Shown here piece by piece: positions 41,773-51,090 of a stretch of 64,000 bases of DNA. A program made the position numbers and the translations under genes. Numbering within the stretch: the stretch's first letter is position 1; each line of letters starts with the position of its first letter. Location: positions 158,830 to 222,829 of IMG/VR virus record IMGVR_UViG_3300009184_000029. One strand, written 5' to 3'. The notes below the pieces were generated by a model. That model saw only the letters and a program-made list of their open reading frames with translations. It ran no database searches and was not told the origin of the DNA.

Positions 41773-42675
41773 ATGAATATGGATGACAACGAAATTTTAG
41801 TGGAAATTATTAGAGACTTGTTTGGTAAAGAGAAAAATTATTACCAAACAAAAGGGCAAATTTCTGTAAATTGTCCATATTGTGATGATGGAAAAAACAA
41901 GGGAAATTTAGAAATTAATATGAATGAACACGTCTTCAAATGTTGGTCGTGTTCTGATAGTAACGGCACCCATGGACATTTGGGTAAACTAATGGACATG
42001 TTTGGTACCAAGAGACAAAAAAAGATATATGATTTATTTAAACCTAAAGATGTTAATTTCAAAGAATACCGGGTAAAAAAAATAGAATTACCAAAAGAGT
42101 TTATTCAATTTAAGGATGTTAATCCAATACACATTCCACACAAAGAGGCTGTTAAATATTTGAAAACTAGGGGAATTACAAATCAAATGGTTGAAAAATA
42201 TAATATTGGATTTGCAACAGACGGAGAATATTCAGGTAGAATTATTGTTCCTTCATATAATTTGGATGGGGAATTAAATTATTTCATATCAAGAGCTTGG
42301 TTTAAGACAAAAAATAAATATAAAAATCCTGAAGCTCCAAAAGAAACAATAATATTTAATGAAAAATTTATAGATTGGGATTTACCTATTTACGTATGTG
42401 AGGGTGTTTTCGATGGATTCTTCACCCCAAATCCTGTGATACTTTTAGGTAAAGTTATGAGTGATTTATTATTTGAAAAGATATATGATAACGCAAAATC
42501 AGATGTGATAATTTGTTTAGACTCAGATGCTTGGATGGATGCCCAAAAATTATATAACCAATTAAATGGTGGTAAATTAAGGGGTAGAGTTAAAATATTA
42601 AAATTACCTAAAAATTCTGACATCGCAGATTTGAGAGGTAATATTGAAAGTTATTTTTATAAAATGAGTTATTGA
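41773..42675 (+). CDS. dnaG: DNA primase (Zn-finger + TOPRIM)
   Basis: CPYC..CWSC zinc finger, YLKTRGI, RIIVP, KYKNP, VCEGVFD, CLDSD. Confidence 0.9.
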   Translation: MNMDDNEILVEIIRDLFGKEKNYYQTKGQISVNCPYCDDGKNKGNLEINMNEHVFKCWSCSDSNGTHGHLGKLMDMFGTKRQKKIYDLFKPKDVNFKEYRVKKIELPKEFIQFKDVNPIHIPHKEAVKYLKTRGITNQMVEKYNIGFATDGEYSGRIIVPSYNLDGELNYFISRAWFKTKNKYKNPEAPKETIIFNEKFIDWDLPIYVCEGVFDGFFTPNPVILLGKVMSDLLFEKIYDNAKSDVIICLDSDAWMDAQKLYNQLNGGKLRGRVKILKLPKNSDIADLRGNIESYFYKMSY

Positions 42676-42676
42676 T

Positions 42677-43048
42677 ATGAGTAAATACGGATATGTGACT
42701 GAGAACGTAAAAAACATAAAACCTAGATTTTATGTTTATTCTGACGAATACAGGGATTTAAGAACAAAATTATATGATTACGGATATGATTATAAAAAAA
42801 CACCAGTTGTTTTAGATAGAAAAAATAGAATAATTAGTGGTGTTTTCACGTATAACGCCATAAAAGATGGATATGGCGACGTTGATTTAACAGTTAATAG
42901 AATAAGACTATCAGTGTATGGTTTACTATCTATTACCCCTATTTTATTTATATTAAACTATCTACCATTTAATAAAAAAATAACAAAGTTTTTGATTGAC
43001 AAAAACTTATTACCTAAAAATTATGAATTTAAAAGAAACCGCAAGTGA
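42677..43048 (+). CDS. Hypothetical protein, possibly degenerate ParB/Srx-like, with C-terminal hydrophobic segment
   Basis: PVVLDRKNRIISG resembles the ParB PIVV...IIDG motif but lacks the HR residues. Confidence 0.45.
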   Translation: MSKYGYVTENVKNIKPRFYVYSDEYRDLRTKLYDYGYDYKKTPVVLDRKNRIISGVFTYNAIKDGYGDVDLTVNRIRLSVYGLLSITPILFILNYLPFNKKITKFLIDKNLLPKNYEFKRNRK

Positions 43049-43877
43049 GATACGAGATATTTTACTTAAAAAAAGAGAAGAGTTAAACTTAACATTCTTT
43101 GAAGAAACCCACACTTATTTTATGAAAGATTTGGATGGGGAGGTTAAGAACACCTTCCCTTCAGTTTCAAAAGTCTTAAAAAAGTTTTATCCTGAGTTCC
43201 CAACTGACGAAGCTGCGGAAAAAAAGTCTAAGGGTGACCCTGTACTTAAACAACAATTAATAGAAGAATGGGCGGCAGCTGGAGATTACTCTACAAATAT
43301 GGGAAGTCGTGTTCATTTTATGTTGGAAAAAAAACTTATTGAAAAATATGGTAACTACAAAGAGGTAAGACAACCAATATTTGATTGTGATTTTACACAG
43401 ATATTAAAAGGTGATAGTATGATATCTGCCGGTTCAAAATACCTTAAACTTATGGAAGGTAGAGATGTTGTATTGTTGGATACTGAAATGGTTTTAGGTC
43501 ATCCTGAATTAGGATATACTGGACAACCTGATAAAATTTGGTTGGTTATTAACAAAAAGGGTGATGAGTTTGGATTGTTAATAACGGATTGGAAAACAAA
43601 TAAGCCAAAAAACTTCCAATCCAATAATTTTACAAAACCAATGTTTAGACCTTTTGAAAACCAACCAAATACTGCTTTGGGTCACTATTATGTTCAGTTA
43701 CCACTTTATGGTAAATTATTACTTAAAATGTTAGAAGGAACAAAATATGAAAACATTAGATTATATGGATGTATTGTTGTATTATTGAGAGAAGATTCAG
43801 AATACGAAGAGTATCGTGTCCCACAAGATGTAATTGATACTGTTCTTAATATGAACGTAAAGGATTATTTAAATTGA
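43023..43877 (+). CDS. PD-(D/E)XK (RecB-family) exonuclease
   Basis: GSRVH, TEM, GQPDK, ITDWKT, YYVQLPLY; ATG 43023 preferred over TTG 42996. Confidence 0.8.
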   Translation: MNLKETASEIRDILLKKREELNLTFFEETHTYFMKDLDGEVKNTFPSVSKVLKKFYPEFPTDEAAEKKSKGDPVLKQQLIEEWAAAGDYSTNMGSRVHFMLEKKLIEKYGNYKEVRQPIFDCDFTQILKGDSMISAGSKYLKLMEGRDVVLLDTEMVLGHPELGYTGQPDKIWLVINKKGDEFGLLITDWKTNKPKNFQSNNFTKPMFRPFENQPNTALGHYYVQLPLYGKLLLKMLEGTKYENIRLYGCIVVLLREDSEYEEYRVPQDVIDTVLNMNVKDYLN

Positions 43878-43904
43878 CAATCACCTTAAAAATTAATATA
43901 TTTA
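43874..43904 (+). promoter_or_regulatory. Putative promoter TTGACA-N17-TATATT(TA)
   Basis: Perfect -35 and 17-nt spacer upstream of 43911. Confidence 0.6.
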
Positions 43905-43910
43905 AAAACT

Positions 43911-44129
43911 ATGATAAAACTAACATTTTACACAAAAAACAAACAAGTTACCGTTGATTTTGGTGACCTACACCACGAATCCTACGAGAATGTACCGACA
44001 GTACAAGTAAGAGATGGGTACTATGAAGTTATGAAGCGAATTGATAGTGATACCGCTCCTGTAGGTTACACAACAATTCCTGTACTTAGAGTGCCAATTA
44101 ATAATACAATAATGTTTATAGAAGAATAA
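43911..44129 (+). CDS. Small hypothetical protein
   Basis: ORF downstream of promoter, operon spacing. Confidence 0.7.
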   Translation: MIKLTFYTKNKQVTVDFGDLHHESYENVPTVQVRDGYYEVMKRIDSDTAPVGYTTIPVLRVPINNTIMFIEE

Positions 44130-44130
44130 T

Positions 44131-44364
44131 ATGGAATTAGAAAAACCAAGAATTAATTTAAGAGAAATGAACTTTGTCAAATGCGACGCATGTGAGTTTG
44201 ACCAGTTCAAAGAGGTAACCTATTTAAAGTTAGTACCAAAACTAATGACAGGTTCACCTAATGACACAATCGTACCCTTCCCAACTTACGCTTGTTTGAA
44301 GTGTGGTCACATTAATGATGAATTAAACCCTTTCATACAAGATTCTCCTAAACTTGACTTATGA
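44131..44364 (+). CDS. Small zinc-ribbon protein
   Basis: CDAC...CLKCGH. Confidence 0.75.
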   Translation: MELEKPRINLREMNFVKCDACEFDQFKEVTYLKLVPKLMTGSPNDTIVPFPTYACLKCGHINDELNPFIQDSPKLDL

Positions 44365-45140
44365 TTAAAAAAATAGTTCATTTCAGTGATTTACACATTC
44401 GTTTATTTAAAGACCATGACTTGTATAAGAGAATTTTACAAGATGCCTTCAAACAGTGGAGAGATATTGCTCCTGACCGTATTGTCTTTACTGGAGATTT
44501 AGTACACTCTAAAAACCAAATGACACCTGAACTTGTTGAGTTCATTGCTTGGGTATTAACTGAGTGTTCTAAGATTGCTAAAACAATCTTAATTCCTGGT
44601 AACCACGATTTCCTTGAGAATAATATGGAACGATTGGATGCTTTAACTCCTGTGGTTGATTCACTTCAAAATGAAATGGTTGTTTATTATAAGAATAGAG
44701 GTGTATATTCTGACCAAAACATTGATTGGTGTGTATATTCACTTATGGACCACAATATTCCACCTGAGATTGAAAAGTCTGACCGAGTTAAGATTGGATT
44801 GTTTCACGGACCGGTACAAGGATTGACAACCAATTTAGGTTTTAAATTTGAAGATGGATTTGAATCTTCAAAATTTGATGGATGTGATTTGGTATTCTGT
44901 GGAGATATTCATAAGAGACAAATTTTTGATATACCTGGTGGAAAGAAGGCTTATATGATTGGTTCCACGATTGTTCAGAACTATGGTGAAACGATTACAA
45001 AACATGGGTATGGAATTTACGATGTTGAGAAGGATGAATATGTTACGGTTGATTTACACAATCCAAAACCATTTATTGCATTTAGAATAAACTCTTACGA
45101 AGATATTGAGAATGGAACAGAAAAACTCGCTAACTATTGA
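44361..45140 (+). CDS. sbcD: SbcD/Mre11 (gp47-like) nuclease, phosphoesterase domain only
   Basis: HFSDLH, FTGDLVH, PGNHD, LFHG, GDIH motifs. Confidence 0.88.
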   Translation: MIKKIVHFSDLHIRLFKDHDLYKRILQDAFKQWRDIAPDRIVFTGDLVHSKNQMTPELVEFIAWVLTECSKIAKTILIPGNHDFLENNMERLDALTPVVDSLQNEMVVYYKNRGVYSDQNIDWCVYSLMDHNIPPEIEKSDRVKIGLFHGPVQGLTTNLGFKFEDGFESSKFDGCDLVFCGDIHKRQIFDIPGGKKAYMIGSTIVQNYGETITKHGYGIYDVEKDEYVTVDLHNPKPFIAFRINSYEDIENGTEKLANY

Positions 45141-45606
45141 TATTAGTAAGCAAGACCATAATGACTTAATTTCTTTTTGTGAATTAAATGAAATTAGTGA
45201 TATTGACGGATTTATTAAATTATGTTTCCGAAAGGGACTTATGATTGAAAAATACGGGCTTTTAAACCAGGGAAGTTTACCTGATATAATTGATAGGGAA
45301 CTTGAAAAAGAAGTTATTAAAGAAGTGATTGTTGAGAAAGAGGTTATTGTTGAAAAACCTGTAATTGATAACGAAAAGGTAGAAGAATTACAAAACGAAA
45401 TTTACATCCTAAAAGGTAAATTAGAAAATCAAAAAGAAGTTGAGTGTGGTAAACTCCAAGACACACTTATGGAACTTAATAGACAAATTGGAGATAAAAA
45501 TGAAATGATAAAAGAATTAAGAAGTAAGGTAGCAGACCTTGAAAATCTGACAAAAACTTCTTATGCTTTCTATCTAAAAAGTTCAAATTTAAAAGACAGA
45601 TTATGA
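45106..45606 (+). CDS. Coiled-coil hypothetical protein with VIVEK repeats
   Basis: EKEVIKEVIVEKEVIVEKP; likely start at ATG 45112. Confidence 0.7.
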   Translation: MRMEQKNSLTIDISKQDHNDLISFCELNEISDIDGFIKLCFRKGLMIEKYGLLNQGSLPDIIDRELEKEVIKEVIVEKEVIVEKPVIDNEKVEELQNEIYILKGKLENQKEVECGKLQDTLMELNRQIGDKNEMIKELRSKVADLENLTKTSYAFYLKSSNLKDRL

Positions 45607-45959
45607 TTACAACATTATTAGCTTGGTTTCTTATGAGCTACGGACTCATGAACATTATGGTTTACGGAAGTATTTTTAAAGGATTACGAAATGGTATTAG
45701 TAATATTGGGGATGCTAAAATTCCTTTAATATCAGGAATATTTAATTTCATTTCAGGTATTTTGGGATGTCCCATGTGTTTTAGTACTTGGGGAGGGTTC
45801 TTTTTGGGATTATTTATTTATTCCCCTTCACATCAGTTATTTGGAACAAATGAAATGATTGCATGGTTCTTTGACGGTATTATGTCATCAGGAGCTGTAT
45901 GGGCAATCAATGCATTTATTGAGTGGTTCGAACAAAACAGACCAAGTAAAAACGATTAA
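45603..45959 (+). CDS. Membrane protein, DUF1360-like
   Basis: Three hydrophobic segments with GILGCPMCFSTW motif. Confidence 0.6.
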   Translation: MITTLLAWFLMSYGLMNIMVYGSIFKGLRNGISNIGDAKIPLISGIFNFISGILGCPMCFSTWGGFFLGLFIYSPSHQLFGTNEMIAWFFDGIMSSGAVWAINAFIEWFEQNRPSKND

Positions 45960-45976
45960 TTTTAAACTATATAATT

Positions 45977-46162
45977 ATGCCAAAATCAAGACAAAGAAAG
46001 GACCACAAAAAGAAGGCCCAAGCTAGAAAAAGAAAAGTGGCTCAAGCCCAACAAATGTACCAAAAAATGATGAATTCCGCAATGATGGAACAAATACAAA
46101 AACTGAAGTCCGCTCAATCAGGAACAACAGAAAGTGATGAACCTGTTCAGCAAACCGTTTAA
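45977..46162 (+). CDS. Small highly basic protein
   Basis: MPKSRQRKDHKKKAQARKRK; A-rich start. Confidence 0.7.
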   Translation: MPKSRQRKDHKKKAQARKRKVAQAQQMYQKMMNSAMMEQIQKLKSAQSGTTESDEPVQQTV

Positions 46163-48506
46163 TTTAGAGCAAGTAAAGATGATTAAAGATTTGGATTTTG
46201 ATAAGTTGGAGAACCCATACGTACAAGTCGTATGGGAAGATGCACCTGAAAACTTCACACAAGAAAAGTTAAAGAACGTAAAACATTACTTCCAAAAGAA
46301 GTATAACACAACCAGTGTAAATGTTATTACCAAACTTAAAAAGAGTGAGGAAGTTCAGGATAATGTTGACGTGTCATTCAATATTATGGATGAGAACTTT
46401 CAACACGAACTTATCAAAACCATTCTTGAGTCAAAAGGTCAAGGTTTATTGTATGATGATATCCTAAAGATTGACTCGGCAGTTAATAACAAAATGATTG
46501 CTGAACAAGAAGAAATTGGGACATTTAAGAAATGGTACATTAAGACTATTGAGTTCTCGAACTTCTTATCTTATGGCGAAAACCAAAAGTTAAATTTTGA
46601 AAAGTTGGGGGGTATTACGGTTATTGAATCTGACCCACCAAACTTTGGAGGTAAAACTGTACTATCAGTTGATTTATTATTGTTCTTATTCTTCAACACA
46701 ACTACCAAAACGAACAAGGCTGAGGAAGTATTCAATAGATACTCAGATAAAGATAAGGTGTCTGTTCGTGGTGAGATTGTTATTGATGGTGAGGATTATA
46801 TTATTGTTCGTGAACTTGAACGTAAGAAATCTAAAGCCGGTGAATGGAATGTTAAAACTGAATTGGATTTCTTTAAGAAGTATCCTGATGGTTCATTAGT
46901 TAAATTCACAGGTGAACAAAGACGTGAAACCGAGAACTTTATCAAAACGTCTATTGGAAGTTATGATGATTTCTTAATGACAATCTTAACCACTGGTACT
47001 AACTTGGAAGATTTGTTGGAAGCAAAACCAACGGCTCGTGGGCAAGTATTATCAAGATTTTTAGGATTAGATTTCTTAAAGAGAAAGGAAGAAACAGGTA
47101 AAGAAATTTACTCACAATTCGCCAAGTCAATGATTTCTAATATCTACAATACTGAATCTTTAAAGACACAGAACGAGGAGTTAAAATCAAGTAATGATAC
47201 TTTAAATTTAGGTATTACTGAAAACAAAAGTAAATTAGTTGACGCTCAAGGACGTATTGTTAAAGGACAAGAGTATCGTGATAATTTATTAAAGTCTAAA
47301 GTTGTTGTTGAAAAAGAATTAACTCTTTTAAATCCTGAACAAACACAGAAAGAGATTGATAACTTCCAAAGCCAGTTAGTACAGAACATTAAATTACGTG
47401 ATGGTGTTAACATTGTTGAACCATCTGAATTTTATCATGAAGACCAACACGACAAGGTTAAGGAAGAATATCAAGAGGCTTACAAACAAAAGGTTGAAGT
47501 TGACACAAACATTTCAGGGATTGAAAAGTTAAAGAGTTCTGTAAGTGGTGGAATCAAATGTGAACACTGCGGAATTGAACTTATGAACGCTGCAATTACC
47601 CAATCAAGAATTGCGGAACTTGATAATTATATCAAGTATAAAACCGAAATAGAGGGTATAATGTATGATTTAACAGGCAAAGAACAAGGTTTTGTTAAAC
47701 TTAAAAAAGACTTTGATGAGTACGAAAGAAATAAATTAATTTATGAAAAGTACCAAGCAACAATCGAAACTCTCCACACAAAGAAAGATGCTCTTGAATC
47801 AAAACTTAATAGATATGGAGAGATGCAAGATGTTATTAAATCAAATGAACAGATTGAAGGACAGATAATTAAAGCCAATATGCGTCTTGAGGAGTTGAAG
47901 AGAGAGGAAGAATTGATTAAGAAAAGTATCTCAAACTCGGAGTTTCAAATTAAACAAAACGAAGATAAGATTGATGGTAATCTAAAAACTATTGTTAAGA
48001 TTGCTGAAGAACAAGAGAAGGAAGTTAAGTATAAGTTATACTTGGAATTGTATGGTAAGAATGGAATTGCCAAAAGAATTATGAAAAGTATGATGCCACT
48101 CATCAATTCCGAGTTGCAACGACTACTTCAGGATTCTTGTTACTTTAGATTGGAGATTCGTATTAGTGATAAGAATGAGGTTGAGTTTTGGATGATTGAT
48201 AACAACACTCAAATTGAGAAGTTAATGACCACAGGTTCAGGGTATGAGAAGACAATTGCTTCATTGGCGTTAAGAGCGGTCCTTGCTAAGGTTTGTTCTT
48301 TACCTAAACCAAATATCACAGTATTTGACGAGGTATTCGGTAAGATATCAAACGACAACCTTGAAATGGTTTATGAGTTCTTTATTAAGATTAAAGAATA
48401 CTTCGAAAACATTTTGGTTATCACTCACAATCCAATGATTTCCAATTGGGCTGACAACGTTATCAAAATCACAAAAACAGACAATATCTCCAAAGTTTCT
48501 CAATAA
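46134..48506 (+). CDS. sbcC: SbcC/Rad50 (gp46-like) ATPase with ~120-aa N-terminal extension
   Basis: IEFSNFLSYG, Walker A variant PNFGGKT, Zn-hook CEHCG, signature GSGYEK, Walker B FDEVFG, VITH; start may be 46179. Confidence 0.9.
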   Translation: MMNLFSKPFNLEQVKMIKDLDFDKLENPYVQVVWEDAPENFTQEKLKNVKHYFQKKYNTTSVNVITKLKKSEEVQDNVDVSFNIMDENFQHELIKTILESKGQGLLYDDILKIDSAVNNKMIAEQEEIGTFKKWYIKTIEFSNFLSYGENQKLNFEKLGGITVIESDPPNFGGKTVLSVDLLLFLFFNTTTKTNKAEEVFNRYSDKDKVSVRGEIVIDGEDYIIVRELERKKSKAGEWNVKTELDFFKKYPDGSLVKFTGEQRRETENFIKTSIGSYDDFLMTILTTGTNLEDLLEAKPTARGQVLSRFLGLDFLKRKEETGKEIYSQFAKSMISNIYNTESLKTQNEELKSSNDTLNLGITENKSKLVDAQGRIVKGQEYRDNLLKSKVVVEKELTLLNPEQTQKEIDNFQSQLVQNIKLRDGVNIVEPSEFYHEDQHDKVKEEYQEAYKQKVEVDTNISGIEKLKSSVSGGIKCEHCGIELMNAAITQSRIAELDNYIKYKTEIEGIMYDLTGKEQGFVKLKKDFDEYERNKLIYEKYQATIETLHTKKDALESKLNRYGEMQDVIKSNEQIEGQIIKANMRLEELKREEELIKKSISNSEFQIKQNEDKIDGNLKTIVKIAEEQEKEVKYKLYLELYGKNGIAKRIMKSMMPLINSELQRLLQDSCYFRLEIRISDKNEVEFWMIDNNTQIEKLMTTGSGYEKTIASLALRAVLAKVCSLPKPNITVFDEVFGKISNDNLEMVYEFFIKIKEYFENILVITHNPMISNWADNVIKITKTDNISKVSQ

Positions 48507-48508
48507 AA

Positions 48509-48541
48509 TTTGGGGATATTGTTTTTTTAATCTTATATTTG
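48509..48541 (+). promoter_or_regulatory. Bacteroidota-type promoter TTTG-N21-TATATTTG
   Basis: Exact -7 consensus upstream of the 48558-sigma operon. Confidence 0.65.
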
Positions 48542-48557
48542 TAAAAATAAAAATTAT

Positions 48558-49061
48558 ATGTCTCATTTATTATTTGCATTTGGTGATTACAAGGAAAATG
48601 AAAAACCTTTAGACCTATTAATTGAGTTAGTTTCTCAGATTTCATATAAAGAAGTTAAATATCAATATGGTGAGGCGGGGGTTATTGTAAGATTTTCATC
48701 TAAGTTAGAGAATCAACAATTATCCGATTATCTTAATGATAATATTTTAAAATTAACCGCTATGTTTTTTGTTTTTAAAGAGAATCTAGACATGATTGTA
48801 TCTTTAGATGAAAACATATATTCTCATTTATTTGGGGAAGATTATCAAACACCTGAAAATGTTCAGTCAACTGACAATTTGTCAGATTTTGAGTCAGACA
48901 TGGGTATTGACATAGGTAAAATTTTTGAAATTTTAGAAAAAAATAGGAAAGTTGAGGAAAAGAAATTAACTTTGGACGAATTATTGGACAAAATCAATGA
49001 AATTGGTTTCGATAATTTAAATAACCATGAAAAATACTTACTTGAAATTTACTCAAAATAA
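48558..49061 (+). CDS. Hypothetical protein with C-terminal DUF6576-like domain
   Basis: LDELLDKINEIGFDNLNNHEKYLL matches the IDxILDKIxxxGxxSLTxxEKxxL pattern. Confidence 0.6.
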   Translation: MSHLLFAFGDYKENEKPLDLLIELVSQISYKEVKYQYGEAGVIVRFSSKLENQQLSDYLNDNILKLTAMFFVFKENLDMIVSLDENIYSHLFGEDYQTPENVQSTDNLSDFESDMGIDIGKIFEILEKNRKVEEKKLTLDELLDKINEIGFDNLNNHEKYLLEIYSK

Positions 49062-49067
49062 TAATAT

Positions 49068-49868
49068 ATGATAAACAAAACAACAGTTATACCCATTAAC
49101 CAAGATGAAGTTAGTTTTTACCTTAAAGACCTTAGAAAGTTGAAGGTAATGACACCTGATAGAGAAAAAGAGCTGTCAAAAAAAATACAATCCCCTAATA
49201 TCTCACAGAAAGAGAAAGATTTAATTGAAAAAGAATTAGTCGAAGGTAATTTAAGATTTGTTATTAGTGTTGCTAAACAGTATCAGAATCAAGGAGTTGA
49301 TTTACCTGACCTTATTGCGGAAGGTAACATTGGATTACTTAAAGCGATTAAGAATTTTGACTGGACTAAAAACCTTAGATTTATATCATACGCAGTATGG
49401 TGGGTTAGACAATCAATCTTACAATGTTTAAATGAACATTCAAGAACTATCCGTATACCTGTGAATGTTATTCAAGACTATCAGAAAGAGAAAAAAGAAA
49501 CGGAAAAAAGTGGTGAGAATATCTCAGATAGATTTTTAAATCTACCATCAACGATTAATTTACAAAGTGAAATTAATGAAGAAGGTGACACATTAATTGA
49601 TTTGATTGTTAATGTGGACGCTCTTAGACCTGACGAATTACTTGATGGTAAAACACAACTAAAAGACGGTTTGATGAATATCCTTAATGTTCTTGATGAA
49701 AGAGAAAGACAAATAGTTGAGGATTATTACGGAATATCTGGAACACCAAGAACACTTGAGGACATCGGGTCTGACTTCAGTCTAACTAAAGAAAGAGTTA
49801 GACAAATCAAAGAGAAGGCTTTGAGAAAATTAAGGAATGAGAGTTCTACTTTGTTTGACTACATTTAA
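49068..49868 (+). CDS. rpoD: RNA polymerase sigma-70 factor, RpoD/SigA family (Bacteroidota-like, no region 1.1)
   Basis: NLRFVISVAKQYQNQG, DLIAEGNIGL, RFISYAVWWVRQSI, LTKERVRQIKEKALRKLR. Confidence 0.92.
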   Translation: MINKTTVIPINQDEVSFYLKDLRKLKVMTPDREKELSKKIQSPNISQKEKDLIEKELVEGNLRFVISVAKQYQNQGVDLPDLIAEGNIGLLKAIKNFDWTKNLRFISYAVWWVRQSILQCLNEHSRTIRIPVNVIQDYQKEKKETEKSGENISDRFLNLPSTINLQSEINEEGDTLIDLIVNVDALRPDELLDGKTQLKDGLMNILNVLDERERQIVEDYYGISGTPRTLEDIGSDFSLTKERVRQIKEKALRKLRNESSTLFDYI

Positions 49869-49871
49869 AAT

Positions 49872-49897
49872 AAGGAGGGGTAACCCTCCTTTATTAT
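49872..49897 (+). terminator. Rho-independent terminator after the sigma gene
   Basis: AAGGAGGG-gtaa-CCCTCCTT (GNRA loop) plus T-rich tail. Confidence 0.8.
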
Positions 49898-49954
49898 TTA
49901 TATCAAATATTAATTTTGTATAATTATATATTATAAACTTAATTTAAATTAGTT

Positions 49955-50233
49955 ATGGAAAAATTAATCAAATACGCACCTAGTGCAACATTATTCTTCA
50001 TATTAATTCTTTTTTTTAAGTCTTGCGGGACATCTACACAAATTAAGAACACCAATGAAGAGTTAAAATCTTTAAACAAGAAAGTCGACTCATTAACAAC
50101 AATACTTGTTACTCAAGATGAGATGATTACATTATTAAAAGAAACCCCATCTTGGAAAACTCTTGAAATTGAGGAATTATCGGATAAAAATAATGTACCA
50201 ATAAACCATTACAAAAATGAAATTGAAAAATGA
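49955..50233 (+). CDS. Small membrane-anchored / possible lipoprotein with coiled coil
   Basis: Hydrophobic N-terminus followed by KSCG. Confidence 0.6.
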   Translation: MEKLIKYAPSATLFFILILFFKSCGTSTQIKNTNEELKSLNKKVDSLTTILVTQDEMITLLKETPSWKTLEIEELSDKNNVPINHYKNEIEK

Positions 50234-51090
50234 AAAATTGGTTTTCTAATAACTTGAGAAAAATAATAATCACGGCTTTCGTGATTCCGATACTACTGGT
50301 TGCATTTGTTTCAATATCACACGTAACTACTTTTTACGGAATTTCAAATCCAATAACATGGGCAATTTATTTGTCTGTTGGTATTGAAATTGCTGCCTTA
50401 TCAGCACTTGCTGCGGTATCAGTTAATATGGGTCGATTTGTGTATTTACCATTTATTGTTGTGACTATAATCCAAATGTTAGGCAATATTTTCTTTTCTT
50501 TCACATATATTGATGAAACTTCACAACTTTTTACAGATTGGATTAATATGGTTGGTGGATTGTTTGAAAATATGGGTATTGAAAAAACAGATTTAAATAC
50601 ACATAAATCTATACTTTCATTTTTAACAGGAGGATTACTTCCTGTAATTTCATTAACGTTTGCTCACATGCTCGTTAAATTTTCAGAAAATGAAAATAAT
50701 AAAAAAGAAACACAACCTGTTATTGATTTAGAGGAAGTCAGTAAAAAAATTGCAAAAGAAGAATTTGTTGAAGATTCTAAATTAAAATGGAACCCAACTG
50801 ACGAACAGATTGAAATGTTAGAGAAAATACTGAAAGGTAAATACGAGAGTCCTGAGAAAGAAAAAGTTGAAGAAAAACCATACGTTCCATCAGAAGATGA
50901 ACTTAAAAAGTTTGAGGAAGTACTATCTAAGTATGATAATGGTAGTGACTATGATGAAAATCTAAACACCTACCAAAACATAGTTAATGAAAATCAAGAA
51001 CCCACAGAGGTTCAAAAAAAAAATCATGAATCAGACGAAAACATCAATGAGGATTACAAGGTTTTAAATTATTTAGGAAGAAATGATTGA
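50230..51090 (+). CDS. Multi-pass membrane protein with acidic C-terminal tail
   Basis: About four hydrophobic segments; ATGA overlap with upstream gene. Confidence 0.7.
   Translation: MKNWFSNNLRKIIITAFVIPILLVAFVSISHVTTFYGISNPITWAIYLSVGIEIAALSALAAVSVNMGRFVYLPFIVVTIIQMLGNIFFSFTYIDETSQLFTDWINMVGGLFENMGIEKTDLNTHKSILSFLTGGLLPVISLTFAHMLVKFSENENNKKETQPVIDLEEVSKKIAKEEFVEDSKLKWNPTDEQIEMLEKILKGKYESPEKEKVEEKPYVPSEDELKKFEEVLSKYDNGSDYDENLNTYQNIVNENQEPTEVQKKNHESDENINEDYKVLNYLGRND

Noticed and set aside
43023-43877. PD-(D/E)XK nuclease as Cas4
   Set aside because: Lacks the Fe-S cysteine cluster typical of Cas4, and no CRISPR locus is present.
51014-51023. A10 homopolymer as a frameshift or phase-variation site
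   Set aside because: The gene is intact in frame and A runs are common in this AT-rich genome; no supporting structure seen.
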